A stretch of 63,688 nucleotides of DNA, filler included, from Octopus bimaculoides (GCF_001194135.2; 5 parts of 5 records of this genome joined end to end with filler, not necessarily neighbours in it); one strand, 5' to 3'; shown: positions 12,891 through 26,153, numbered from the whole stretch's first letter. Notes: generated by a model from the sequence alone, not told the origin. Translations and numbers: made by a program.

Positions 12891-13249
12891 TTAAAGGAGA
12901 GGTTGGAAAAGATGAGTGAGAGACCATGGAAATATAATGAAAGCAAAATAAACATTTACGAAATGAGGAAATTAGATGGGGGCAGACCGAGTAGACCGAC
13001 TCCTAACGATAGGAGGCCGGAGTTCTGGAAAAGCGAAACCCTTCACCTGTTTTCATCACAAGTAGTTGCTTACAATGACGTGAATACAAACTAGGAATAT
13101 AAATTGATAACGGTACCATCGTAACCTCCAACTGACTCCCCAGTTTTCTTATCACCCTTACACCATACTATTGCCTCCCTCTCCCGGCTTTATCTAACCC
13201 TCGTTCATATCGCAAGCTTAACGAGGTGTTCTTTCTTCTTATGTACCAA

Positions 13250-13710
13250 CCTGACCAGCAGTGAAGTGTGCCGGGAGTGAATGAGTTGCTCTGTGTACTA
13301 AAGTACCGTCCACCTCGCCCTCCTGTACTTCGCCTTCGACATTGGCGGCTTAATTGGCTTTTTTGTGTATGTATGTGCGAGGAGAGTAAGAGACGGTGAT
13401 GATAAAAAAAGAAGAGATTATACGGATGTCTACGCGTGAGAGAGAATAGAGAGAGAGGCGGGAGAGAGAGATGTTACAAGAATATGGTTGTGTCTGTGTA
13501 TCTGTGTTTGCGTGCTTAAGACTGTGAGCATATATACAGTTATATGGTTGTACATGTAAATGCTTATCTCCAAAGGAAGTAGATCATGGAAGGGTGAAGA
13601 GAAGGGACGAGAAGGGAATGTATGGAAGTCGGGAGTAGTCCGGTGAAGGAGGTTGTGGGAGTAATGTGTTGTGAACGTGCACAGAACTTTGTTTGGATGC
13701 GGGCGGCCAA
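13250..13710 (-). promoter_or_regulatory. Candidate promoter / 5' UTR exon for a minus-strand transcript
   Basis: CpG-rich non-repetitive patch with two GCCAAT on the minus strand (about 13342-13360), gggcggcc near 13701, a pyrimidine-rich leader and a possible donor CAG|GTTGGT near 13250. Motif-level evidence only. Confidence 0.25.
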
Positions 13711-13907
13711 GGCAAAATAAAGGGATAGTTAGTTCACTAATCTTGACATTGTTTTCGTGTAGAGAGAGTGTCCACCACCATCATCACCACCACCAACAAC
13801 AACAACAATAACAACAACAACACCATTGCTTCCACATCCAGCGACTCTATTATAGTCGTTCTTTTTGGTGTACAAACTTCAGACAAAGCTCTCTTAAATC
13901 ACACCAT

Positions 13908-14185
13908 AGGTGCAGGCGTGGCTGTGCGGTGAGGAGCTTGTGCGGTGGAACCTTGGGCAAGTGTCTTCTACTATAGCCTCGGGCCGACCACCACCACCAC
14001 CACTTGACAACCGGTGTTGGTGTATTTACGTCTCCGTAAACTAGCAGTTCGGCAAAAGACCGATAGAATAAGTACTAGGCTTACAAAGAATAAGTCCTGG
14101 GGTCGATTTCTTCGACTAACTTTCAAGGCGGTGCTCCAGCATGGCCGTAGTCAGATGAATGAAATAAGTAAAAGAATAAAAGAAT
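13908..14185 (+). mobile_element. SINE family B with internal deletions
   Basis: gcgtggctgtgcggt head, ccttgggcaagtgtcttctactatagcctcgggccgacc, family tail. Confidence 0.8.
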
Positions 14186-14384
14186 GAATACTGTCATTCC
14201 TATGTAATAATGGGTGGTCACGGCTGTAATACATGTTATTGTAGGTATACCCTACCAAGGCTAACCTAGGGTTCGTCAACGAAAATGAACACTTCTTTAT
14301 GTTGATCTGATTCGAAAAGGCATACAAATACGCGTTCGCATTTGCACGTTCGCACATGCATGCACATACACAGACTCAGACACA

Positions 14385-14449
<65 letters not shown>

Positions 14450-14890
14450 GCATGGAATATTACAATATATTTCAATTTTAAAACCTATATGCATAGATTT
14501 AAGACGTGTGTGTATGTGTGCGTGTGAATATATGCATACATACTCCAAAGCACACACATATATATATATATATATGTATATATATGCATTTTTATCTGTG
14601 TGTATGTGTGTGTGTGTGCATGTCTGTGTGTGTATGACTGTATGTATATGCATACATACGACACAGATTCTTTTTTTCTTTATCGGTGTCATAACACTTA
14701 ATATATTTCTTTTCTCCTTCATTTATCTATCTTATCACTGTAGCAACTATCTTCATCATTGTCATCAAGAACAGCATTACCATAAGTATAACCGTTGTCA
14801 TCGCAAGCCGAAGTCTATGGCCAGACAGTGTATCACAAATGTGTAAAGCCGCTCACCTTTCTAGTTTCTTTTAAATATTTCCCCTCTCCA

Positions 14891-15092
14891 AGGCGGCGAG
14901 ATAGCAGAAACCCTAGCGCACCAGCCAAAATGCTTAGCAGTATTACGACTGACTTTATGTTCTGAGTTTAAATGCTGCTGTGGTCAACTTTGCCTTTCAT
15001 CCTTTCGAAGTCGATAAATTAGGTACTAGTTGCTTACTGGGGTCGATCTAACATGGCCACAGCCGAATGACTGAAACGGGTAAACGATAAGA
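14891..15092 (+). mobile_element. SINE family C body joined to a family B-like tail
   Basis: ggcggcgagatagcag head and tttgcctttcatcctttcg, then atggccacagccgaatgactgaaac. Confidence 0.6.
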
Positions 15093-15201
15093 GATATTTA
15101 CATGGTGCTGTAGTGAGGAACAACACCTGTAAATTATCCCCACTCGGGAGCTACATACTTGTAGATAGGAAAATGTATTTATGCGTGAACGTCTATGTAT
15201 G

Positions 15202-15235
<34 letters not shown>

Positions 15236-15292
15236 TGCATGCATATATGTATGCATGTATGTATGTAATAATAATATATATATATATATCGG

Positions 15293-15357
<65 letters not shown>

Positions 15358-15461
15358 TCGGATGAATATGGTACTTAAGCTTAAGTTGAGGCACCAGAAT
15401 TTGGTACGGTATTATTCATACAATTTCAAAAATAAGCTGATTAAAATCAAAATAAGCAACT

Positions 15462-15609
15462 AGGATATCCAGAGGTAATGCAGTACGATCGTTTCATGCA
15501 ACTCCATTTAATTGAACAATGCAATCATTTAAATTAATGTAATGATTGCATTGTTCATTTGAATGGAGTTGCATGAAACGTATGAAACTGCATTACCTCT
15601 AGATATCCT
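15462..15609. mobile_element. 148-bp hairpin MITE (almost entirely self-complementary)
   Basis: aggatatccagaggtaatgcagt ... actgcattacctctagatatcct; inner arms cgtttcatgcaactccatt / aatggagttgcatgaaacg. Confidence 0.75.
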
Positions 15610-15905
15610 TGTTTCAGTCATTTGACTGCGGCCATTCTGGAGCACCACCTTTAGTCGAACAAATCGAGCCCAGGATTTGTAAGACTAATACTTATTCTAT
15701 CGGTGTCTTTTGCCGAACCGCTAAATTACGAGGACGTAAACACACCAAACATCGGTTGTCAAGCGATGGTGGGAGGACAAACACAGATTCACTCACAAGG
15801 CTTTGGTCGGCCCGAGGCTATAGTAGAAGACACTTGCCCAAAGTGCCACGCAGTGGGATCGAAGCCGGAGCCATGTGGTTGGGAAGCAAGCTTCTTACCA
15901 CACAT
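15610..15905 (-). mobile_element. SINE family B
   Basis: Reverse complement of the family consensus from tail to head. Confidence 0.85.
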
Positions 15906-17143
15906 TCCCTCAAATCTCACCGTATCTTTTGAAAATATACTCACTATGTCTGCCCAAAAGAAAATAAAAAAGACTGAATGGTATCGGCTGAAATTACTTT
16001 GATAAAAGGTCTACTTTGTCATGGCTTGCTTTATGAAACATTTTGGCATGGACTATTAATAGCGGAGCATCGGTGAAATGATGCCAAGTATAACAGTAAT
16101 GTTGTGGAGCTAACGAAAGAGACTAAAAGTGGCCAATGAACCAACTAAAAATAACAGTTAAATCTAGCCAATTCTCCCTCAAATTACAAATATATATTTG
16201 TTTTTATAAAATTGATTCACAGTTGGACACTGTTATTCTAGTAAACACAAGAAATTACGGCTTTGAACAATGGCGGATATTACGGCTTTGAACACTTAGA
16301 ACATTGATCATTAGGTTGCTCAATTAGTAAATGAATAAAAACAACAAAAATAGCATCGGTGGTTCTCTCTTACAAGAGGCGAAAGCGAAACCGTATTTCA
16401 CAGAGAGAAGGGGAAAAGAGAGGAGAGGAGTGTGTGTGTGTAGGGGGAGAAGAGGAGGCGAAGGAAGAGAGAAAGGAGAGGAGGATGAGGTATGGATGTA
16501 TAGTGGTTTACCTTCTAGGTTGACATTTTAGGACTGTTGTCGACCAGTGACTATGAGATGTTGACATTTAAACATCGGTAATCCCGATATATTTAAAATT
16601 TGAAAGTCTGTATGTGGCCATACCTTTTGGTGTTGACATACGACTTCACCATAGATATTCTATACATTATAATACTGTAGCTTTTATAATTTATGTTTGT
16701 GAATGTAGCGATGTGTATAGTTAGATTTACATAAAATTCACATAAATCAGTATGCACAAGTATGTCTTGCGCACGTAGATATAGAGAAAATAAAGGATGC
16801 TTGTATGCGACCAAATCGACCTAAAGAGGTAAGTAGCGTTGAAATTTGTAGTATGTAGTTGTTACTTCGGGTCGTTTTCGCAGGACATTATTTCTTGAAT
16901 GATCTAGTTCAAATAAATATGAATTGGAAGCTCTCATACAAGGTGTAGTTCATCACTCAAGTTAGCAAGAAACAAGTATTATTCAACGAGTTTGCAGAGC
17001 TGAAAGCAAATTCATACGTGACGTACACTGGGATGATCACCTCTAATTAAACATTGTGACTTTCGCATATATGTGTGTAGTGAATATGTGTGTGTGCGTG
17101 TGCTTGTGTGTGCGTGTGCTTGTGTGTGCGAGTGTGTGCAATT

Positions 17144-17243
17144 NNNNNNNNNNNNNNNNNNNNNNNNNNNNNNNNNNNNNNNNNNNNTTAATTAATTAAN
17201 NNNNNNNNNNNNNNNNNNNNNNNNNNNNNNNNNNNNNNNNNNN
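17144..17243. other. Artificial scaffold join: 44 N + TTAATTAATTAA + 44 N
   Basis: Linker at 17188-17199. Confidence 0.95.
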
Positions 17244-18076
17244 TATAATAATAATTGCATAGGATCGTTCTTGTGTTGGATACGTAGACTTTGGCTAGAA
17301 CCCAGCAACATTCGTTGCCAAAAATCTCAGCTTTAGATTACAAACTCAAATATTGCACTACTCCTAACTGTACAAGTTAATTTTTTTTCTGTTTATCTAC
17401 ATATTTATTTTGTCATATATTTCATTTATTTTTGTTTGTGTTTGTTTGTGTGTGTTTGCTTAGTTGTATTTATTCGTGGATCGATTCTCCACACCCTGAC
17501 AATAAAATTTGGCCTCACCGTCAAACAATAAAGTCTGTCGTCCTTTTCTCTCACACACACCCCAAAAAATTAATGTTTTTCTACATCTGTTAATTCTTCG
17601 TGAAGTAGGGCGATGTTTTGTCATAGATAAAGTTACTACTGTACTGTAACGATTTATGTATATTTGCCTACGGTAGTTTTATGTACAAAACACTTGGGAT
17701 GGTGTGCGCATCTAGCTGGATTGATTCGACTTCAAGCATAAGAAGATAAATGAAGAAGAGAAGCAGGTTGATAAAGAGAATGAAGAAGAAAACGAAAAAG
17801 AAAATGAAGGAGTACAAGAAAAGGAACTTTTTTTCAGTAAAGTGTAAAGTTATGTGATATACATATGTGTGTGTGTGTGTGTGTGTGTGGAAGAAAGAGG
17901 TAACGTAAAACTGAGGGAAGCGAGGTGTAAAAATCTGTATGAGTACTTGTATATGAGTACAGGTGTATACGTGTACAAGTGTGTATGTGCGCGCGCATGT
18001 AATGGCAAATGAAAACAAGATTTTTACACGTCGCTACTCTTAGTTTTACGTTACCTCTTTTTTGCCACACACACAC

Positions 18077-18131
<55 letters not shown>

Positions 18132-18264
18132 CATACACAAACACACACACACACACATATATATTGTATTTATGTATGTACATATATATATATATACATA
18201 TATGTATGTGTGTGTGTGTATAAATATATACACACACATACATGCATGCGCGCACGCACACACA

Positions 18265-18397
18265 CAAGTACTTGGTTAGTACTTTATTTTATCAACTCCG
18301 GAAGGATGAAAAGCAGAGTTGTTCTCGGCGGGATATTAACCGAAACGAATACCACAAGATATTTTGTTCGACGCACTGCTGATTCGGCTAACCTTCC
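18265..18397 (-). mobile_element. SINE family C, degenerate
   Basis: gtactttattttatcaactccggaaggatgaaaagcagagttgttctcggcgg. Confidence 0.6.
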
Positions 18398-19379
18398 GCT
18401 CTTCCCTTTTCTTAAAAAAAAAAAATCTTCAACCACCCATTTCGAGGTNNNNNNNNNNNNNNNNNNNNNNNNNNNNNNNNNNNNNNNNNNNNNNNNNNNN
18501 NNNNNNNNNNNNNNNNNNNNNNNNNNNNNNNNNNNNNNNNNNNNNNNNNNNNNNNNNNNNNNNNNNNNNNNNNNNNNNNNNNNNNNNNNNNNNNNNNNNN
18601 NNNNNNNNNNNNNNNNNNNNNNNNNNNNNNNNNNNNNNNNNNNNNNNNNNNNNNNNNNNNNNNNNNNNNNNNNNNNNNNNNNNNNNNNNNNNNNNNNNNN
18701 NNNNNNNNNNNNNNNNNNNNNNNNNNNNNNNNNNNNNNNNNNNNNNNNNNNNNNNNNNNNNNNNNNNNNNNNNNNNNNNNNNNNNNNNNNNNNNNNNNNN
18801 NNNNNNNNNNNNNNNNNNNNNNNNNNNNNNNNNNNNNNNNNNNNNNNNNNNNNNNNNNNNNNNNNNNNNNNNNNNNNNNNNNNNNNNNNNNNNNNNNNNN
18901 NNNNNNNNNNNNNNNNNNNNNNNNNNNNNNNNNNNNNNNNNNNNNNNNNNNNNNNNNNNNNNNNNNNNNNNNNNNNNNNNNNNNNNNNNNNNNNNNNNNN
19001 NNNNNNNNNNNNNNNNNNNNNNNNNNNNNNNNNNNNNNNNNNNNNNNNNNNNNNNNNNNNNNNNNNNNNNNNNNNNNNNNNNNNNNNNNNNNNNNNNNNN
19101 NNNNNNNNNNNNNNNNNNNNNNNNNNNNNNNNNNNNNNNNNNNNNNNNNNNNNNNNNNNNNNNNNNNNNNNNNNNNNNNNNNNNNNNNNNNNNNNNNNNN
19201 NNNNNNNNNNNNNNNNNNNNNNNNNNNNNNNNNNNNNNNNNNNNNNNNNNNNNNNNNNNNNNNNNNNNNNNNNNNNNNNNNNNNNNNNNNNNNNNNNNNN
19301 NNNNNNNNNNNNNNNNNNNNNNNNNNNNNNNNNNNNNNNNNNNNNNNNNNNNNNNNNNNNNNNNNNNNNNNNNNNNNNA

Positions 19380-19599
19380 CTTTCTCTCACTCTTTCTTCC
19401 TGTTTCTGTTGTACCTGTATTTCAAAGGGCCAGCCTTGTCACACTCTGTGTCATGCTGAATATCCCCGAGAACTACGTTAAGGGTACACGTGTCTGTGGA
19501 GTGCTCAGCCACTTGCACGTTAATTTCATGAGCAGGCTGTTCCGCTGATCGGATCAACTGGAACCCACGTCGTCGCAACCGACGGAGTGCCAACATAAC
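19380..19599 (+). mobile_element. SINE family A, 3' half (5' part lies in the gap)
   Basis: gctcagccacttgcacgttaatttcatgagcaggctgttccg...gacggagtgccaac, shared with copies at 33072 and 34801. Confidence 0.8.
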
Positions 19600-21019
19600 T
19601 TGATCTGTGCGTATAAATGTAATGACATTTCTGCCCGAATGTGTGTATGGTTGTGTTGATCTGTGTGCATATATGTACGGAACCGTTTGAGCGTGTTGCT
19701 GTGCATGTGTGTATGAGATGGTCTGTGTGTATGTATGCATGTATGAATTTGTGCATGTCTTGATTTATGTATATGTATGCGTGTTGTTTATCTTTATGTC
19801 CATCTGTTCGTGTAAGCTTGTGCATTTATTTATTTATTTATTTATTTTAAAGCTTAATGTCTGATATCATATTCTGGATCTAAACATGTTCAGAGCCAAA
19901 ATAGGCCTGATCGAATAGAGACCTACGACCAAAGACGACGTTCTGGGCATGACCATCCTACCTTTTTATGTATTAGAGTCACGAATCATGAGAAAACTGC
20001 ACTCGGCGGCACTTTTTGAATGGCGCGCAACGATAAATTACCTTCAGATCTTTTTAGCAGTGCGGTCCATTTGATGATGGGCCATGTCTCATGCGGCCCG
20101 CTTCTCGAGAAAGTTAGCCAAACCTAGATTATTCTGTCTAATGTATCTTTCTTTAAGAATGTAGAGTATAATTTGAGAAAGATTTTGCTGTTGTTTCTAG
20201 CCGGTCGACTAACCACGTTGAAGCTCCCATGTTTGCTTGCAGCATCCGGTATTTGTTCCATAGGTTCGGGAACAGGGGACGGATGAGGTACAAGTGCGGC
20301 CCCTAAAATTTTGGTGTTACAATGAAAACACTTTGAACATTCTCTTAAAAAACTTCATCACCAAAACGAAAAAAACATGGAAATATTTTTGGACTGATTT
20401 GAAACATTACTTCTCCATCACAGGATTTATCTGATTCCATTGCTGTAAAAATTTGATAGTTATTATTGTCGGCAACCCTTAGACAAATTTTATTCCCGCA
20501 CTTATTTTTAGTTCAGATGTTTAACTTCTTAGCATAGTATCCTGTATATTTTCGTTCAGAGATGTCTAGTAAATATGTATCGAACGAAAATATACGTTCA
20601 CTGTACTTTGAGGTATATGTAACTTATTTCTAACCCAAAATACTTTGTTCATGATGCTATTCCCATTTTCTATCATTAACGATCAGTAACTATCATTTCT
20701 ATCAGTAGCTTCATAATAATAAATTATAACTGACCCCAAATAATTTGTTGTATTTATTCTTCCTTATATACAGATTCCAAATAAATAATAAAAGAATATG
20801 ATATTTTTGCATGGAAATTTTTTAAAAAATGTGTGTCAAGAGGTTAAGAACTGGACTTTATAATTTACATTGTCTTGTAATTATGAATTCAAGTGTTGGT
20901 AGAGTTGTATTTTATGGTCTTTTAAGGATTTTTAACGTTATTTTCTTGGTTACTACTCATGAAACTTCATCAAATTTAATACTACCATTTAGTACTATTC
21001 ACTACAAGCTCCGGTCCTT

Positions 21020-21430
21020 GTTGCAGAATGGTGACTTGTGTGTCTCAATGACCCTGAGAACTATACCAGTGAAACACAAGCTCATTGTAGGGCCTTCCAT
21101 GCCGGACAGGTCAAAGGATGGAGGTCAGACTAATATGGAACGCGTCATCGCAAAATTGGTTTGCGTATTGCCAACACCCCTACCTAGAAAAGAGCAAAGC
21201 TATGGAAGTATCGATGATAATTCAAAACTAACAAAACATGGGAGAAGGTTTTTCCCTCGAGGAAATATATGACGCGTTGCAGCAAAATTCGAAACAAAGC
21301 TGCAACGCCGCAGAGCCGAGAAAGCAGGGATCAAACCGGAGACAAGGAAAAAAGACAGCCCATGGAGGAGATCAGTGCAAAAAAGTTGTCGATGGTCTAA
21401 GCTTCATAGGGAGCGAACGGCTCCAATTAA
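21020..21430 (+). mobile_element. Probable internally deleted RTE-clade LINE derivative (5' UTR fused to ORF 3' end)
   Basis: caatgaccctgagaactata...ccatgccggacaggtcaaagg...gtcagacta resembles RTE (Rex3/Expander-like) 5' UTRs. Downstream frames give PWRRSV and VVDGLSFIGSERL, like RTE C-termini. Confidence 0.4.
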
Positions 21431-22035
21431 CTATGAAACCTAGCACTATGAATGCCTTCCCTCTTAAGTATAAGATAAAATATTCCTGGTGTCGATTGAA
21501 TAGAAAATTCCCAAAACCTTCCAGAGAAAGACACTATGATAACTACATCCTAACTCATATTTATAAGTCTGTCTTGTTACATATCTCGGACAATTCTGTA
21601 CAGAATAAATATTCCAACTTGTCTTTTTCCTCTGGGAACAGATCTGAACGAGAATAAAGTGTCTTCTTTCAAACAGGGGGTCAGTTCTAGATAGGGCAGT
21701 GTCATAAGTTCTGTCGGATCTGTCTTGTTTCAGCAAGAGACGCAGTTCTAGCATCACAGTTTGGTTTAATTCTATACGAGAAAGTGCAAAACAAAATGTC
21801 CCGGTTTCACACACACTCTCACTCACGCATGCACACACACGCACACACACATACAAACATACACACACACGCATGCACAAATACACACACACACATACAT
21901 ATGTATGTGTGTGAGAGAGACAGAGAGAAAGAGAAATTGAGGGGCCGATGTACGTGACAGAAGAGTATATATTACGTCTGTGTATGTGTGTGTATGTGAG
22001 TGTTTTTGTATCTGTGTGTGTATAAATGTATGTGC

Positions 22036-22066
<31 letters not shown>

Positions 22067-22088
22067 CATGCATACACACACACGCACG

Positions 22089-22132
<44 letters not shown>

Positions 22133-23384
22133 TACACGCACACATAATAGAAAGAGAGAAAACAAAATAATTTCCCTGGCCTCTACTAAAATTACTTCTG
22201 TTTGAATTACAAACCACAGATCTTTCTTAGCGTTCAGTGTCGTCTGCTATTTCATAGACGCTATTGAACTGAGTGAGGCATGTACGTCATATTGGGAAAG
22301 CCCAAAGGAAAGAAAGGAGGAAAAAAATTAATGAAAGATAGTAAGCCGTTCTACTTTTACGTTTTTCAATCAATATATTTCACTCAATTTGCTTTTAAAC
22401 AAATTTTTCCCCTTTTTCTATTTTGAGCAAATACAGAAAGTTTAGGGTGTCATTTCCGTTAGCAAATAGAGGTCCCAGTTTTTAGAAATAGGGGTTAGGA
22501 AAGCTTAAAAATTTTTTTTTTTTACCGATAGTCCAGTAGAGATAGCTAACACCTGAGTCACACGTGTACGAAATTTGAACTATTCCTGTCACTCTCGTAT
22601 TCAAAATTGCTTCAACTCTGAAATTAGAATACTAGAACTATGGATCACGAAGCTAGAAAGAAGAGAGCGACACATCTATTGTCGGAGGCTATTAGAAGGC
22701 TCTTGTTTCGTTAGCTGTTTTGCTGGTACGCTTTGTTTTCTCTTTTCATCGTTTTCCCGGTAAACTGAAAGGATTAAGTTTTCCCTGAGGGTACGTCTGT
22801 GTGTTTACGTCTTTTAACATAAACGATTTTATAACTTGACGGGATTTGTTAAATGTGTAAAGCGTTAACTACTGCACACTTTTACGGAGTTAGATCATTG
22901 TTGAACGTGAAAAGTATTTATAACACACGCATGCACAACACAACACACATACAGATGTATATATATATAGATATATATAAAACAAGTGAAGAACAGTTTT
23001 ATTACATTTTATTGTTTAATGTTTGAGAGACAAATCATATAACTTGCATGAAGACATGGAAGAGAACAATGATACTATCGTATTTACATAATACGTATTA
23101 TATAATGATTGATCACCTAGTTTCCTGGATCCCTTCTCACTACACGCACATATGCACGTACACACACACACACGCACCTGTACTTACGTGCATGTATATA
23201 TGCATGTATGTATGTCTATAAGTGTATATATCTTTACAGGGAGGCTACCAATAGTAATAGGATAGAATTTGAAGGGGATTCAACGACTAAATTTAAACAG
23301 AAAAATTTCTGGTTATTATCGATAGTGCGTAGAAAATGGTGAATTGGCAGAATCGTTAGAGAGTAGTTAAAAAAAAAAGCTTTG

Positions 23385-23712
23385 CGATGTTTGTTTTGGC
23401 TCTTTAATTCTGAGATCAAATCCTGCCAAGGCCAACTTTATTTTTCATCATTTTGAGGGCGATAAGCATCAGTCAAGTACTGGGCTGATGCAATAGACTA
23501 GCTCATTCTCTTTAGCAAATCGCTAGCCTTGTGCCAAAAATTTGAAAGAAGCATTATTAATAGCTTGGTGGAGAAGGCGGCGAGCTGGCAGAATCGTTAA
23601 CAGGCCGGGAAAATGCTTAGCGGCATTTTGTCCGTCTTTACCTCCTGAGCTCCAATTCCACCGAGGTCGACTTTGCCTTTCATCCTTTCGGGGGTCGATG
23701 AAATAAGTACCA
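23385..23712 (+). mobile_element. Two adjacent SINE family C copies (degenerate 23385-23545; clearer 23575-23712, cut by a gap)
   Basis: ggcggcgagctggcagaatcgtt...ccgaggtcgactttgcctttcatcctttcgggggtcgatgaaataagtacc. Confidence 0.75.
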
Positions 23713-24381
23713 NNNNNNNNNNNNNNNNNNNNNNNNNNNNNNNNNNNNNNNNNNNNNNNNNNNNNNNNNNNNNNNNNNNNNNNNNNNNNNNNNNNNNNNN
23801 NNNNNNNNNNNNNNNNNNNNNNNNNNNNNNNNNNNNNNNNNNNNNNNNNNNNNNNNNNNNNNNNNNNNNNNNNNNNNNNNNNNNNNNNNNNNNNNNNNNN
23901 NNNNNNNNNNNNNNNNNNNNNNNNNNNNNNNNNNNNNNNNNNNNNNNNNNNNNNNNNNNNNNNNNNNNNNNNNNNNNNNNNNNNNNNNNNNNNNNNNNNN
24001 NNNNNNNNNNNNNNNNNNNNNNNNNNNNNNNNNNNNNNNNNNNNNNNNNNNNNNNNNNNNNNNNNNNNNNNNNNNNNNNNNNNNNNNNNNNNNNNNNNNN
24101 NNNNNNNNNNNNNNNNNNNNNNNNNNNNNNNNNNNNNNNNNNNNNNNNNNNNNNNNNNNNNNNNNNNNNNNNNNNNNNNNNNNNNNNNNNNNNNNNNNNN
24201 NNNNNNNNNNNNNNNNNNNNCGTATACATCTTTATTTGGTCAAAAATATGAAGGCATTTAAAACAAAGAAGTTTCCTAAACCTTTTATCAGCATATCTTG
24301 AAAGTTTTGAGCAAAAGATAAAGTTTCGAAGATTTTCTTCAAATTATCGAAGAAGTTTTGAAAACGTTATGTGTTTTTGCA

Positions 24382-24503
24382 AGATAATATTCTATGGATT
24401 TTTAGTTTTTGTCAGGTGGAAACGAGCCACCGTTGGAAGTTTTTGCTAGATAATATTCTATGGATTTTTAGTTTTTGTCAGGTGGAAACGAGCCACCGTT
24501 GGA
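24382..24503 (+). repeat. Tandem duplication with a 66-bp period
   Basis: agataatattctatggatttttagtttttgtcaggtggaaacgagccaccgttggaa occurs twice, identical, with no N between. Confidence 0.9.
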
Positions 24504-25602
24504 AATATTCAGAGGATCAATTTTTCAACAGCAGATGGAATGACTTTAAATGTATATTTTAATAGAGAGTTCCTCTTTTAAATAAATGATACGTCTATAT
24601 TAAAATGATCCGTGTTTACGAGTTAATGGTAAATGGACGGCATTGTCATGTACGCCACGCGTACATGACATTCAGATACACAAATAAGGAAATAATTTAA
24701 GCTGTAAATCATGAACATTTACAAGAACCGTTTTGATTCATTTTTCAGAGTAAAGTTTGGTTACCCAGGCAAATATTAAACATTTTTTTTTTACCTGGAA
24801 TGTATGTTGAATTTTTTGAAGGTCTACAGAAAGTGTGTCGTACATGGCAGAGTACGACATAACATTTTTCACTTGAAAATATTAATTGCCAATCCGTCTG
24901 TTATTTTTTCCTTTTTTTTTTTTTTTGCAGAGCAACATAAATAGCTATAGATGTTTATTTACGTTGACCTTGAAAGATCATAAAAAAAATGTTAATGAGT
25001 TTCCCAAACAACAATGTCTGAAGTCACAATTCGCATTTACCTGATGTGACATGCGTGACGAACATAAATGTGACGTGATGACAGATTTCATGTTAAAGAA
25101 GGCGTTGCGTAGATCCGGAAGACATTCGACATACATTTTTCTGAGTATTCAAGAAACATTTCAAAATCCTGTTTTGGTTTAACTTTCGTGGGAATTGCTC
25201 AAATGTTATTGACACGGACTGATCTAAGTTCAACGACCAGTATTTTAACTCACTATCACACTAGTTTCAGTTTTATGCTAGCCACAGGGACGATTCGAAC
25301 TAAATATCTTAAATTAACGATTTTCTTTTCCATTAAAAATCGTACCTGGTGAACCGGTGTTCTGTTTATACCGAGTTCCTGTTAAAAAGACTGCACTTTG
25401 AACACAAAAAAAAATCTAATGATTTACCGAGAAACAAAGCGCTGTTAACGATACATGAATTATATCAATGGATCTCAAGCACCTCAGCCCCTGAAATTTT
25501 TTGCTCTCCCCCCTCTTTGTTGATTATTTCTAGTTTAGGCGGGATTTGAACTCAGATCGTAAAGAGCCAAAATCAAGTGCAGCCGCTTGATGATGACTAT
25601 AT

Positions 25603-25819
25603 TGGTTTCAAATTTTGTCACTAGGCTAGAAATTTCGAGTGGTGAGAAAGTAAGTCGATTACATCGACTTCAGTGCTCAATTGGTACTTATTTTATCCAC
25701 CCCGAGAGAATGAAAGGCAAAGTCGACCTCGGCGGAATTTGAACTCAGAACGTAAAGACAGACGAAATACCGCTAAGCATTTCGCCTGGCGTTCTAACGT
25801 TTCGGCCAGCTCACCGCCT
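25603..25819 (-). mobile_element. SINE family C, near full length
   Basis: Close match to the family consensus. Confidence 0.85.
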
Positions 25820-25934
25820 TTCTACATACACTATATTGCACACAATACACTATTCTACGTTACATTATACCACTCTACAGACACTATACTATATTACATT
25901 ACTGTTATCTTTCTCTACACGTCTCTACAATACA

Positions 25935-26153
25935 TAATAGGGAATGCTGAAAAGTTCCTGGCTTTAAGGGTATTGCGAAAGGCCTGGTTGACGGCTCAAC
26001 ATTCCGAGTTCTTTTAGAGGGCTTAGAAAAACTGAAAGACCGCTGCAATAAATGTGTGAATCTGAGAGGAGAATATATTGAATAAAATCATAATTAACAG
26101 ATCGTCCTGTATTTTCTTTTAGACAAAGCCACGAACTTTTCACCACCCCTCGT
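25935..26153 (+). mobile_element. Mariner-derived MITE (internally deleted)
   Basis: TIRs gctgaaaagttcctggcttt / aaagccacgaacttttcaccacccctcg|ta. Retains the transposase C-terminus EGLEKLKDRCNKCVNLRGEYIE* (26017-26085). Confidence 0.85.

Noticed and set aside
21464-21780. Minus-strand open frame behind an acceptor-like tract (LNQTVMLELRLL...)
   Set aside because: No recognisable domain or donor, and it runs into an RTE-like relic; it cannot be supported as coding.
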